Below, one piece after another: positions 21,393 to 32,948 of a DNA stretch of 64,000 nucleotides (position 1 is its first letter; every line of letters begins with the position of its first letter). Both the position numbers and the translations under genes were made by a program. This DNA comes from Epithemia pelagica (taxonomy: Eukaryota; Protista; Bacillariophyta), in assembly GCA_946965045.2 (NCBI GenBank), contig OX337237.1:186001-250000 (forward strand), in the 5' to 3' direction. Under the pieces are notes generated by a model that had not been told where the DNA came from, did no database searches, and saw only the letters and a program-made list of their open reading frames with translations.

Positions 21393-22150
21393 TGTTAGGA
21401 TTCTCACCGAAAACTAGGTGGCGAAACCTACAACTCATCGAATGATGCTAGTATTTTATGGCATCCGATGACATTTTCCTAAAAGTGAGAAAAGAATGTC
21501 GGCATGCTCGCGAAACTATAAATTTGGCCACGGCATGCTCGCAGTGCACGCGTTATCGGCGACCGCTCGGATATTAACTATGGCCCAACACGTGCGCGCC
21601 CAAAACTATCAAGTGCGCGCCTCTACTATCCGAGTACGCGCATCCACGATTCGACCTAACGGTCTATGTAATCAAAGCACGAATCACGATCACGCGAGAC
21701 CATATCTCTGTTCCCACAATTCCAAGAATGCAAACAGCAACGCGCCCAGGACAAGACTTATACCACGACAAAGCAAGAGCTGTTGCATCCCATACATGTT
21801 ATCCATCACCCTATACATTCAATATACACCAATGCCGGTCCACTCCAACCAGTGAGGACCTATCACACCAGATCCATGGCCGTATGCAAGAGCCAGGACC
21901 TCGGCACCGTCAACCACCTTAGTTAGTAATCGTCTCACAATCATTAATATCACCATTTTAACACTCATCTTAAGACTAACCTCTTATCAGTGGACCGACT
22001 GCCCCCACCCACGGCGGACTTCGACTTGCAACTCTTCTCTGACCCGTGGAGGATTGTTGTATCGGTTGGTGATTCGATTGTCGGCTCAGCGAGCCTTTTA
22101 CCTATCCTAACTATCTGTCTAACCCCTGTTGAATCGAGAGAAGTTTATCA
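21393..22150 (+). repeat. Copia LTR (758 bp), left copy
   Basis: TGTTAGG...TTATCA, matching 29211-29968. Flanked by ATCAT on both sides. Confidence 0.92.
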
Positions 22151-22950
22151 ATCATGGCATACAGTGGCGAAAGGGATTTCCTGTCGGCAAACCTTTTTGT
22201 AGTGTTGCCGGACACGATAGGAAAGCTTGGACACTGTTCTGATGAAATCTTGATACGAAGCAACACGCATGGATGTTACTTCGCGACGACTGATCACCTC
22301 AGGCCTGGATTCACGAAGAAGATTCGCATTTTTGATAGCAAAGTCGATCATCTTGCGGAACTCTGGCCTCTCCACAATAGAAGCGGGTGGGCAACAGTCG
22401 TTGACGCACTGGTATATGTGTTGCTGCATTTGTTGTCGAATGTTTCTCTTCGTGATCATTCCAGATCCATCGCCACGATACATCGTCATTGTCGTTTGCG
22501 TCGGACTAGGTTGTTCTGGTTCGTTCGGATCGTCCTTTGTTCCTGGGATGACGAAGTCTTTGTGCTTTCCGTCAGTATGCTGTTTTATATTGGAGGGCTT
22601 GCCGGTCAGCATGACAACTGCATTAGACAATGGAGTCTCGGGGTCCTTCATACACAACAGGCATAGAACACATCGCTTGGCAATGAAGGAAAACGGAGTT
22701 TTGTAGTCGGCCTTGTTAGGAAACTTCTTTGCTGCTGCGGCTTGTTCTTTTTGGGCAGCCTTGAAAGCTTCGTTGATGCGTTGGAAACCTTTATACATGG
22801 TCAAATTCTGTGGATCGTGAGAACTCACAAAGGCCGAGAACTGTACCCAGTCAATGTGGACAGCAAATTTCCAAAGGGGCGACACATTGTGATGTCCAAA
22901 GTGGTCGGAAGGTAGCTCTTGACATTTGGGAAGAATCTCCTTTTCTTGTA
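22151..22950 (-). pseudogene. 800-bp duplicate of the hAT transposase segment 29969-30768
   Basis: Identical ORF translations at offset 7818. Identity ends at ttttcttgta (22950 / 30768). Confidence 0.9.
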
Positions 22951-23534
22951 CTACTTCCACACCATCTGGATCGTCAACTCGACGACGAATCCGCTACCTA
23001 CCCCGACTACTCGTCTCGACGAGTACGTCTCCTTTGTTCACGAGATCCATCTCTGCCAGGATTTCCGTGCGACTATCTACCCTCTCTTCACTCAACACGT
23101 GAACCACTTGTTGGAAGACGACGACGTTGAAGAACTAGCCACTACAGTGACCGATTCTGCATCTCGTCTTCAGTACCGAGCCGAAAGTGACCAAGAATAA
23201 GTAACTTTACGTAGTTTCTACACCAAACCAGACACAAGACCGAGTTCCGTCCAAGACTTAAACTCAACGCACATCCGGGTACCCTTGGTCGCACAACACG
23301 CCACACATTCCCGTCAAATCGCGAAAATTCGGCGAAAATTTGTTGAAACTCGGCGAAAATTTGTCGGAATCAACGGAAATTTCCAGGAGTCGCGCATCAC
23401 AACACACATCCGGGTATCACATACGTGGTACATACGTGGCACACGTGGTACATCCGGGTTCACATCACATCACACATTAAATAAACCACATCACACCGCA
23501 CATTAAATAAACATCGAACCAACCAAATAACATC

Positions 23535-26500
23535 ATGGAAGCGACACCTCCCAAGACACCGTTTACTCCTCCTGAGGACAAGTCAAGTCATATAACCGAC
23601 CAAGATCTCTTCGACCATATAACTAAAGGCATCTTTGGTTGTAATGACGAACGAGCCCAGTCACTTCAAAAGTGGATGCGACATCATGGTTTTGAACATA
23701 TCCTTCATGTCCTCGACCATGTTGCAACCGATCCCGAGGAGACACTCAAGGATCTCATGCAATACAAGGTTGGAAAACAAGTCAACGACCTACAGACAAG
23801 TACAAGGTTACAACTCAAACTAATGGCATATTGGTTATTACAACAACGGCAACTCCAACATGGAAAACTGCCCCGTGCTACATGGATAAACCTCACCAGG
23901 GACCAATATGACGATTGGAGGATCAACACCGACTTTACCAAGTCTGGTATGAACCAAGACCCAGTTTCTCCTCTGAAATCACCTGCACACTCCGTATCAT
24001 CCCGATCTCCCACTACATCCTCTACAACATCTCAATCCATGTTAGATCTCTCTGCTTTCAAGAAAGGAACCAAAAGAGATGCAACAGCATTTGAATCATT
24101 CAAAGACGAACGATACTTTGATTCGTTTTGGCGTGTATTCAAATCAACTGCGAAAGCACAAGGATTGTCGAATGTTCTTGATTTCGATTACAAGGTACCC
24201 AAGGATGACGAATGCGCAGAGTTACTTTTCCGAGAACAACAAGTCTTTCTCTATTCTGTACTTGTACGTATTATCCAAACCGACCAAGGAAGAGCATATG
24301 TTCGAGAACATGAACATGATGAAGATGCAAGAGCCGTCTTGAAGAAACTCCATGTTCTACACACTGAATCTGATCTAGCTAAGCGAGAAGTGTTACGCCT
24401 AACAAGCTACATTTCGAATCTTCGACTGGATGACTCTTGGCGTGGTACAACTCGTCAGTTTCTCCTACATTTTCAAGAACAGCTACGACTTCTGGATAAC
24501 CTTGTACCACTGTCGGATCGTATCCATGACCATACAAGGATGACCTTCCTTATGCAAGCTGTTGAAAAGGTACCTGATTTAAGACGAGTCAAGATCTTGG
24601 ATAACGTTGTCAACACAAAATCTGGAGCCAAGTCTCTCTGTTATCAATCATATTTTCGCCTGCTTCTTGATGCTGCTTTTGACCATGACCAAGCTACCCG
24701 AACTTCTGCGTCTAACCGCCGTCGTCATGTAAAGCAACATGAATTTCAGTTGGATGAACCCTTTGAACCAGTGGAGCCCCCTGACTACCAGATCAACAAC
24801 ACGAATATCCAATCCGAAAAGTCCCCAACTTCGTCAAAAATCAGCCTTCCAAGAGATGTATGGTTTAAACTCTCTGAAGAGGATCGGCAAATCATTGTCG
24901 ATTTCAATAAATCCGTCCAAGATTCCCCGACAACTCCACGCAAGGTCCAAACACATTCTCTTGACATTGATCCTGAACCGGACCCTGATCCTGATGCCAA
25001 CAACATTGGTGATACCCATCAAGATGCACCAGAACAAGATCCATTCGATATATCCTCTGATCCGGTTACCCAGTTCGTACACCAGGCTATTGCATCGACA
25101 GATATCAATCATCCAGCATCTGACCTCAGCAACATCTTGTCAACTTCTACGACAAAGTCAAGTCCTAAAGTCAAGTTCAAGTCTTCTGCTGATCACAAGC
25201 AAAAGGTTCATATGTCACGATATCTATTCTCCCGCAAATCCACCTTTTCTGGTAATCAACTCATTGATCGAGGTGCCAATGGAGGCCTTGCAGGATCTGA
25301 CATGCGTATCCTTGCCAAAACCGGACGTCATATTACCATCGTAGGTATTGACAATCATGAATTGACTGGCCTTCCAGTTGTTACCTGTGCTGCCAAGTTT
25401 GATACAAGTGATGGACCCATTATTGGTATCTTCAATGAGTATGCCCACTATGGAAAGGGTTTATCTATCCATGCCCCAGCGCAATTTGAACATTTCGGCC
25501 TATCTGTCGACGAACGATCCGTAAAGGTTGATGGCAAACAACGCATTACTACCCTTGATGGACGCGCATTGCCCTTACGAATCAAGGATGGCCTTGCATA
25601 CATTCAATCTCTGGGAATCCCTTCTGATGACGATATGGATAAATATCCGCATATTGTGTTCACTTCACCCCATATCTGGGATCCTTCTGTACTTGACCAT
25701 ACCCATCCAGACCCCCATCAAGACCCTGCACCGAACTGGACATCTGTGGAGACTGATGGTAGTATGGAAACGTACCCCTATGACCAATATGGGGAGTATA
25801 CCGATCGCGTTGTATGCACTTTGAATCTCCTCCTTGATCTCCCATATGATCATGGCCCCGATACGCCTTCCTTCTTTTCCATCTATGCTGATCAAGATGG
25901 CAACGACCCCACACTTCATGCGTCTGTCCACAAACTCTACAAGGAACAATACGACTGGAAGAAATTTCGCCCTTTCTTTGGGTGGCAATCGGAAGACGTA
26001 ATCGCCGATACGTTCAAGCATACAACTCGTCATGGACACATTTCCTTTGACCAGGATACCTTGAAGAAACACTTTAAGGCCCGGAATCCTATCCTTAACC
26101 TCCCACGACGGCATGAACCCGTTGCCACTGATTCCATCTTCTCCGACACCCCGGCTGTTAACCATGGTGGCAAGATTGCTCAGATTTTTGTTGGTCGTGA
26201 TACTTTGGTTACTGACATTTATGGTATCAAGTCTACCAAGCAATTTGTCAATACCCTCCAGGATAACATTCGTACACGTGGTGTCATGGAGACTTTGATC
26301 AGTGATGGTGGTTCGTCACTTATTTCCCACAAGGTCAAGGATATTCTTCGCACCCTTCTGATTGGTGAATACCGTTCCGAGCCCTATCATCAACACCAGA
26401 ACAAAGCTGAGAACCGCTACCAGACCGTTAAGCGTATGACCAACGCTATCATGAATGCCTCTGGTTGCCCTGCTTCTGCATGGTTACTTTGTTTGGAATA

Positions 26501-29216
26501 TGTGTGTGACCTCCTCAATCACACTTCCTCTCCCACCCACTCTGGCCGCACCCCTCTTGAGGCTCTTACCGGTACCCCACCCGACATTACCCATCTCCTT
26601 TTCTTTCCTTTCTGGGATGAGGTCTACTATCGTGTCGACCCTTCTGAACCTACCTCCGGTTCTTACCCTTCGTCTCCCGACGAGAAGCTTGGCCACTGGG
26701 TTGGTTTTGCCCACAATGTTGGTGATGCCTTTACTTGGAAGATCCTCACTGCCGACAACGTCATCATCTACCGTTCCGCTGTCCGTCGCGTTGCCTCCAC
26801 TACCCCCAACCTTCGTGTGGATATCTCTTCAGGGGAGGAGTCGCCGCATAAACCCACTGACAAGCAAGGTGACACTGTCTTTATTCGCAGCAGAAGTGAA
26901 GACCCATCCACACCTATGCCAACAATTGACTATGACGATTTAGTTGGACGCACATTCCTTTGTGACACTGAAGAGAATGGGGAGCGCCACCGAGCACGAG
27001 TAATCAAACGAGTTGTCGACCTGGAACAAGATGCAACCAAACAAGAAGATCGACTCAAATACATCTTTCGCAAGTCTAACTCCAATGTTGATGAGATGAT
27101 CTCCTACAACCAGCTCATGGAATACATTGAAAGGGATAATCAGGCCCAAACGACAGGGGATAGTCTCTTCCGATTCAGAGACGTTATTGCACACCAAGGA
27201 CCTTTGAACTCAAGCGACCCAGACTATAAAGGGAGTAAATATAATGTCCTTGTTGATTGGGAGACTGGGGAGACGACATACGAACCTCTATCTCTTATTG
27301 CAAATGATGACCCCATCACAGTCGCCATCTATGCCAAGAAAAATGGTTTGCTGGATCTACCTGGATGGAAACATCTCAAGCGATACGTCAAGACAAGCAA
27401 AAGACTCATTCGAGCAGCTAAACAATCCAGGATCAAACAAGTTCGTCGCTCTATCAAGTACAAGTTTGGTTTCCAAGTACCTCGCACCTATGAAGAAGCA
27501 GTGGAACTAGACAAGCAGTTTGGGAACACGAAATGGCAAGACGCAACAGAATTGGAACTCTCACAGATCCAATCGTATAACACTTTCAAGAACCATGGAA
27601 AAGCCAAGTTCATTAATGGGAAATTGGCCAATGCACCAGAAGGATATCATAAGATAAGAGTACATCTGGTCTTTGATGTCAAGCATGACGGAAGGCACAA
27701 GGCACGACTTGTCGCAGATGGACATCTCACCAAGGAACCCGTTGAGACCATCTATTCAGGGGTTGTCTCCATTCGCAACCTTCGCATTGCCATATTTCTT
27801 GGAACCATGAACGACATGGAAATATGGGGAGCAGATATTGGGAACGCATATCTAGAAGCATTGACAGGAGAGAAGATTTTCATCATTGCAGGACCAGAGT
27901 TCAAGGAGTTAGAAGGACATATCTTGATCATCTACAAGGCATTATATGGTCTCAAATCCTCAGGTGCTCGCTGGCATGACAAACTGTTTGATGTTCTCAT
28001 TGATATGGGATTTTCTCCAAGCAAGGCTGACCCTGATATTTGGATGAAGAAGGCTCCTGGAGAAGACTGTTATGAATATATCGCTGTATATGTTGATGAC
28101 TTAGCTATCGTTGCCATGGACCCTGAAGCTGTCTGCAAGATCTTTACAGAAAAATACAACTTCAAACTCAAAGGAGTCGGACCTATCGAGTATCATTTGG
28201 GGTGTCGTTATACCAAAGATCCAGACGGTACACTTGTGTCTGACCCACGAAGGTACATCGAGAAGATGATGGATACCTATGAACGATTGTTCAATGAGAA
28301 ACCCAAGAAAGCAAAGCCGCCAGTCATTGCTAACGATCATCCTGAACTCGATGACTCTGAGCTCTTAGATGAAGAAGGGACCCAGCATTTCCAGACTCTT
28401 ATTGGACAACTGCAATGGCTAATTACCATTGGCCGTTTTGATGTCTTTCCTGCTACCATGACTTTATCAAGGTTCAGAGCTGCTCCAAGGATTGGTCATT
28501 TGAAGCGAGCTAAGCGCATCTATGGATACCTCATGTCATTTCCTGATGGGTCTATCAGATTCCGTACTGGGGAGCCAGATTTATCAGCTTTACCTATCCA
28601 AGAATACGATTGGAGTCGTACTGTATACATGGACGCCAAGGAACGTATCCCTGAGGACTGTCCAACCCCACTTGGGCGTTTTGTGACAACTATACATTAT
28701 GTCGACGCAAATCTCATGCATGATATTGTTACTGGGAAAGCAGTTACAGCCATCCTGCATTTTGTAAATGGTACACCCGTGGACTGGTACAGTAAGCGAC
28801 AAGCCACAGTGGAAACAGCCACGTATGGATCTGAATTTGTTGCCGCAAGGACTGCAGTTGATCAGATCACGGAGCTACGCCTTACACTCCGATACTTGGG
28901 AGTCCCTCTGCGAGAGAAGAGTTACATGTTTGGAGATAACCGCTCTGTCGTTATCAATAGCACCACACCACACTCAATCATCTCCAAGAGGCACCATCTC
29001 CTATCCTATCACCGAGTCCGTGAAGCTATCGCTGCAAAGTACGTCGCATTCTACTGGAAAGATGGAAAGACAAACCCAGCTGATATCCTCAGTAAACATT
29101 GGGAATTCGCCGCAGTTTGGCCCATGCTCAGATCTTTGTTATTCTGGAGAGGAAAAATCCAGGAAAGTGATGAGGGAATTGACAATCCTCATTCGACGAA
29201 TTGTGGGGAGTGTTAG
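23535..29216 (+). CDS. gag-pol: Copia Gag-Pol polyprotein, 1893 aa, uninterrupted
   Basis: PR (LIDRGANGG), IN (ISDGG, QNKAENRYQTVK), RT (KARLVADG, WGADIGNAYL, YVDD) and RNase H (TATYGSEFVAA, FGDN), in copia order. Confidence 0.95.
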   Translation: MEATPPKTPFTPPEDKSSHITDQDLFDHITKGIFGCNDERAQSLQKWMRHHGFEHILHVLDHVATDPEETLKDLMQYKVGKQVNDLQTSTRLQLKLMAYWLLQQRQLQHGKLPRATWINLTRDQYDDWRINTDFTKSGMNQDPVSPLKSPAHSVSSRSPTTSSTTSQSMLDLSAFKKGTKRDATAFESFKDERYFDSFWRVFKSTAKAQGLSNVLDFDYKVPKDDECAELLFREQQVFLYSVLVRIIQTDQGRAYVREHEHDEDARAVLKKLHVLHTESDLAKREVLRLTSYISNLRLDDSWRGTTRQFLLHFQEQLRLLDNLVPLSDRIHDHTRMTFLMQAVEKVPDLRRVKILDNVVNTKSGAKSLCYQSYFRLLLDAAFDHDQATRTSASNRRRHVKQHEFQLDEPFEPVEPPDYQINNTNIQSEKSPTSSKISLPRDVWFKLSEEDRQIIVDFNKSVQDSPTTPRKVQTHSLDIDPEPDPDPDANNIGDTHQDAPEQDPFDISSDPVTQFVHQAIASTDINHPASDLSNILSTSTTKSSPKVKFKSSADHKQKVHMSRYLFSRKSTFSGNQLIDRGANGGLAGSDMRILAKTGRHITIVGIDNHELTGLPVVTCAAKFDTSDGPIIGIFNEYAHYGKGLSIHAPAQFEHFGLSVDERSVKVDGKQRITTLDGRALPLRIKDGLAYIQSLGIPSDDDMDKYPHIVFTSPHIWDPSVLDHTHPDPHQDPAPNWTSVETDGSMETYPYDQYGEYTDRVVCTLNLLLDLPYDHGPDTPSFFSIYADQDGNDPTLHASVHKLYKEQYDWKKFRPFFGWQSEDVIADTFKHTTRHGHISFDQDTLKKHFKARNPILNLPRRHEPVATDSIFSDTPAVNHGGKIAQIFVGRDTLVTDIYGIKSTKQFVNTLQDNIRTRGVMETLISDGGSSLISHKVKDILRTLLIGEYRSEPYHQHQNKAENRYQTVKRMTNAIMNASGCPASAWLLCLEYVCDLLNHTSSPTHSGRTPLEALTGTPPDITHLLFFPFWDEVYYRVDPSEPTSGSYPSSPDEKLGHWVGFAHNVGDAFTWKILTADNVIIYRSAVRRVASTTPNLRVDISSGEESPHKPTDKQGDTVFIRSRSEDPSTPMPTIDYDDLVGRTFLCDTEENGERHRARVIKRVVDLEQDATKQEDRLKYIFRKSNSNVDEMISYNQLMEYIERDNQAQTTGDSLFRFRDVIAHQGPLNSSDPDYKGSKYNVLVDWETGETTYEPLSLIANDDPITVAIYAKKNGLLDLPGWKHLKRYVKTSKRLIRAAKQSRIKQVRRSIKYKFGFQVPRTYEEAVELDKQFGNTKWQDATELELSQIQSYNTFKNHGKAKFINGKLANAPEGYHKIRVHLVFDVKHDGRHKARLVADGHLTKEPVETIYSGVVSIRNLRIAIFLGTMNDMEIWGADIGNAYLEALTGEKIFIIAGPEFKELEGHILIIYKALYGLKSSGARWHDKLFDVLIDMGFSPSKADPDIWMKKAPGEDCYEYIAVYVDDLAIVAMDPEAVCKIFTEKYNFKLKGVGPIEYHLGCRYTKDPDGTLVSDPRRYIEKMMDTYERLFNEKPKKAKPPVIANDHPELDDSELLDEEGTQHFQTLIGQLQWLITIGRFDVFPATMTLSRFRAAPRIGHLKRAKRIYGYLMSFPDGSIRFRTGEPDLSALPIQEYDWSRTVYMDAKERIPEDCPTPLGRFVTTIHYVDANLMHDIVTGKAVTAILHFVNGTPVDWYSKRQATVETATYGSEFVAARTAVDQITELRLTLRYLGVPLREKSYMFGDNRSVVINSTTPHSIISKRHHLLSYHRVREAIAAKYVAFYWKDGKTNPADILSKHWEFAAVWPMLRSLLFWRGKIQESDEGIDNPHSTNCGEC

Positions 29217-29968
29217 GATTCTCACCGAAAACTAGGTGGCGAAACCTACAACTCATCGAATGATGCTAGTATTTTATGGCATCCGATGACATTTTCCTAA
29301 AAGTGAGAAAAGAATGTCGGCATGCTCGCGAAACTATAAATTTGGCCACGGCATGCTCGCAGTGCACGCGTTATCGGCGACCGCTCGGATATTAACTATG
29401 GCCCAACACGTGCGCGCCCAAAACTATCAAGTGCGCGCCTCTACTATCCGAGTACGCGCATCCACGATTCGACCTAACGGTCTATGTAATCAAAGCACGA
29501 ATCACGATCACGCGAGACCATATCTCTGTTCCCACAATTCCAAGAATGCAAACAGCAACGCGCCCAGGACAAGACTTATACCACGACAAAGCAAGAGCTG
29601 TTGCATCCCATACATGTTATCCATCACCCTATACATTCAATATACACCAATGCCGGTCCACTCCAACCAGTGAGGACCTATCACACCAGATCCATGGCCG
29701 TATGCAAGAGCCAGGACCTCGGCACCGTCAACCACCTTAGTTAGTAATCGTCTCACAATCATTAATATCACCATTTTAACACTCATCTTAAGACTAACCT
29801 CTTATCAGTGGACCGACTGCCCCCACCCACGGCGGACTTCGACTTGCAACTCTTCTCTGACCCGTGGAGGATTGTTGTATCGGTTGGTGATTCGATTGTC
29901 GGCTCAGCGAGCCTTTTACCTATCCTAACTATCTGTCTAACCCCTGTTGAATCGAGAGAAGTTTATCA
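29211..29968 (+). repeat. Copia 3' LTR (758 bp)
   Basis: TG...CA termini, follows the PPT, followed by TSD ATCAT. Confidence 0.92.
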
Positions 29969-30871
29969 ATCATGGCATACAGTGGCGAAAGGGATTTCCT
30001 GTCGGCAAACCTTTTTGTAGTGTTGCCGGACACGATAGGAAAGCTTGGACACTGTTCTGATGAAATCTTGATACGAAGCAACACGCATGGATGTTACTTC
30101 GCGACGACTGATCACCTCAGGCCTGGATTCACGAAGAAGATTCGCATTTTTGATAGCAAAGTCGATCATCTTGCGGAACTCTGGCCTCTCCACAATAGAA
30201 GCGGGTGGGCAACAGTCGTTGACGCACTGGTATATGTGTTGCTGCATTTGTTGTCGAATGTTTCTCTTCGTGATCATTCCAGATCCATCGCCACGATACA
30301 TCGTCATTGTCGTTTGCGTCGGACTAGGTTGTTCTGGTTCGTTCGGATCGTCCTTTGTTCCTGGGATGACGAAGTCTTTGTGCTTTCCGTCAGTATGCTG
30401 TTTTATATTGGAGGGCTTGCCGGTCAGCATGACAACTGCATTAGACAATGGAGTCTCGGGGTCCTTCATACACAACAGGCATAGAACACATCGCTTGGCA
30501 ATGAAGGAAAACGGAGTTTTGTAGTCGGCCTTGTTAGGAAACTTCTTTGCTGCTGCGGCTTGTTCTTTTTGGGCAGCCTTGAAAGCTTCGTTGATGCGTT
30601 GGAAACCTTTATACATGGTCAAATTCTGTGGATCGTGAGAACTCACAAAGGCCGAGAACTGTACCCAGTCAATGTGGACAGCAAATTTCCAAAGGGGCGA
30701 CACATTGTGATGTCCAAAGTGGTCGGAAGGTAGCTCTTGACATTTGGGAAGAATCTCCTTTTCTTGTAGGATGAATGACCGGAGAGACTTCTGTTGTGCA
30801 GCAATTACTTTCTCCGATTTCTTTCTCTCAGCATCACGGTCAGCTTTCTTTTTCTTTTGACGGCTGGGCAT
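29969..30871 (-). pseudogene. hAT transposase 5' part (BED-like finger to first catalytic Asp)
   Basis: CLLC...KPSNIKQHTDGKH (BED-like), PASIVERPEFRKMI and FATVCHD. Interrupted by the copia LTR. Confidence 0.85.
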
Positions 30872-32948
30872 GATGATATAATGATTGAAGGAAGCACTGA
30901 TGGACAAGAGAGACTTGTTGCTGTTGTTGTAGATTATGAGAGGACAACAAGTTACAAGGGACCGAGAGGCAACAACATTCATCCATGTTGGCATGAGACA
31001 TGGATTGAAAGATATAGGTGCAAGCGATTTTGGAGATGAATGAGAGAGTGGAGAGGCTACTTGCTCCATACTGTGATGTACTTATGGACTTAGAAGTAGA
31101 TATATACAAATAATAGTACTTACCGATAGAGCTTTAAGTACGAAGAGAGGAGCTAAGGTGCTTGATAGAGGTACTTAAGGTGCCGGCGAGGAGTAATGGT
31201 ACTTGATAAGGGTACTTAAAGGATGAGGGTGAGGGAAGTGGTACTTCATTAAGGGTACTTAAGGTGGAAAAAAAAGAGACGGTACTTGATGAAGAAGGCC
31301 TTGCGAAAAGTAAAGGAATTGGTATTGATCGAAGGGACTTGGACAAAGGTAAAGGCAAAAGTACTGAAAAAGTACCGTTTTGGCGAAAAATGGGTACTTG
31401 GTACTTCACAACCCTGCTCCACACCCACAACCCACACTGCCCGCATCGAATGGCTGCATATCATGTTTTATGTTTTGTTTCAATGATGGTTGATTGTTTT
31501 GCGGTCAGTGGTAAGCCGGAGCCTCTGTTTTGGGTAGTCAATTTCCAATTTCCATTCCCCGGAAAATGCGAACCGCATCTCCTACTTCCAGAAGATCGAA
31601 TCAACTTTTACAGCTTTTTCGGTTGCCGGTTGTCGCAACACTGCCGACACCGGACTACGACGACAGAAAGAGTGGGATTCCCAACCATTTTCAGCGGTAC
31701 CAGACTGCGTGAATGAACAAAGAACGGTGGAGTCATGGTCATTCTGGTCATACAAAGTGTCATATAATGAAGTCGTGAGGGACTTGGGGGAATAAGAGAA
31801 GTTGGTCGTACTCATAAAATATATCTACTCGTCCAGGTCAGAGCTAACACGGTAGCTAGTCCCATGTCTAATCTCTCTGGTCTAGCCCTTTATGTACCAG
31901 ATCCCTTCGAAAAAGCATGATGTTATCAAACTCACCGAGTTTAGCTAGTCCGAGTCCGAGTATCTTGTGATTCAATCCTTTTGGGGGATATCGTCAGGGA
32001 CGACAATCGAACTTCTTCTAGCCATTGCAATATGACTCTTCCTATCACTCAATTGAATCTTGAACTCGACTATTCTTGTCGTTTACTCCAACCTAGAATC
32101 ACTAGAGATGATATCCCTAATCAAGAGGTAGCCATGATGTATCCTCAAGTTGCAACTCGCAACGTCTGCTCAAAGATCCACCTTGAACACTGATCTCGGA
32201 TCTGGGTTGTCCTCATTGGATCGTCGTCTTTGGCAACTGCTTTGAAAATTCAAAAGCTACCTTACTCGTACTCTTGAGTCCCAATCAAATGTAATGAGAA
32301 CTGCGACGTACAAGCTTGTGTGAAAAGAAACGACTTTGTGTGGCGATTCTCCTTGTGTCTTGTGTCCCTACCAGAACCACCAGCTGGCTTCTGACAGGGG
32401 CATGTAAACTGTCATGACGAACAGCAGATGTCGAATGTCGTATCTGTATCGCTGTTTCAGTTAGGCAACTCTTGAAGTTCATGCCTTGATCGTTGACTTG
32501 GTTTCTGGTGTCTTTTCTGACAAGTTGTCAATCCAATCAAGACTTCAGTCTCGAGACTCGATCGTCTGTTCCTCGTGTCCTCCGCCAAGATGCTTTTCTA
32601 CTGTTTGATCCCTACCGAGTACCGCTGTCCGTATCAGAGACAAAACTGTTAAATCGAGAAATCAGTCCTTCTGTTTAATTCTGAGGCTGCCAACTTCTTA
32701 CGAACTATTTAAGTGCGACCTGTACTTTCTAACTCACAATCTCCAAAGCTAACGGAAAGGGCGCGAAGTATGAACGAAGCCAAAGGTTTCTCTCCGACCA
32801 ATCCTTGCATAAATCCGGTGTGGTTCTGAAAGGAAGGAAGGCTTTTGCCCAACGAAGGCTGGTGTGAAAACGATTTGCATCCAAAAAAGAGATCCAGTCC
32901 AACAAACAGAGGTGCTCGAAGAAGTCCAAGGAAACCAGAATCTCCACC

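Larger units (their letters stand above)
21393..29968 (+). mobile_element. Ty1/copia LTR retrotransposon (CoDi-like) inserted in the hAT transposase
   Basis: Two 758-bp LTRs, 5-bp TSD ATCAT (21388-21392 / 29969-29973), PPT-like gtggggag before the 3' LTR. No PBS after the left LTR. Confidence 0.92.
17540..31416 (-). mobile_element. hAT-superfamily DNA transposon with cargo and nested insertions
   Basis: Perfect 16-bp TIR CAGGGTTGTGAAGTAC (17540-17555 / 31401-31416) and perfect 8-bp TSD CTCCACAC (17532-17539 / 31417-31424). AAGTAC/GTACTT subterminal arrays at both ends. Encodes a BED-finger transposase. Confidence 0.93.

Noticed and set aside
21496-22706. Identical small ORFs repeated at +7818
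   Set aside because: Products of LTR and duplicated transposase DNA, not genes.
31430-32700. Possible LTR remnants right of the hAT
   Set aside because: No TG..CA boundaries with a TSD or a partner copy found by eye.
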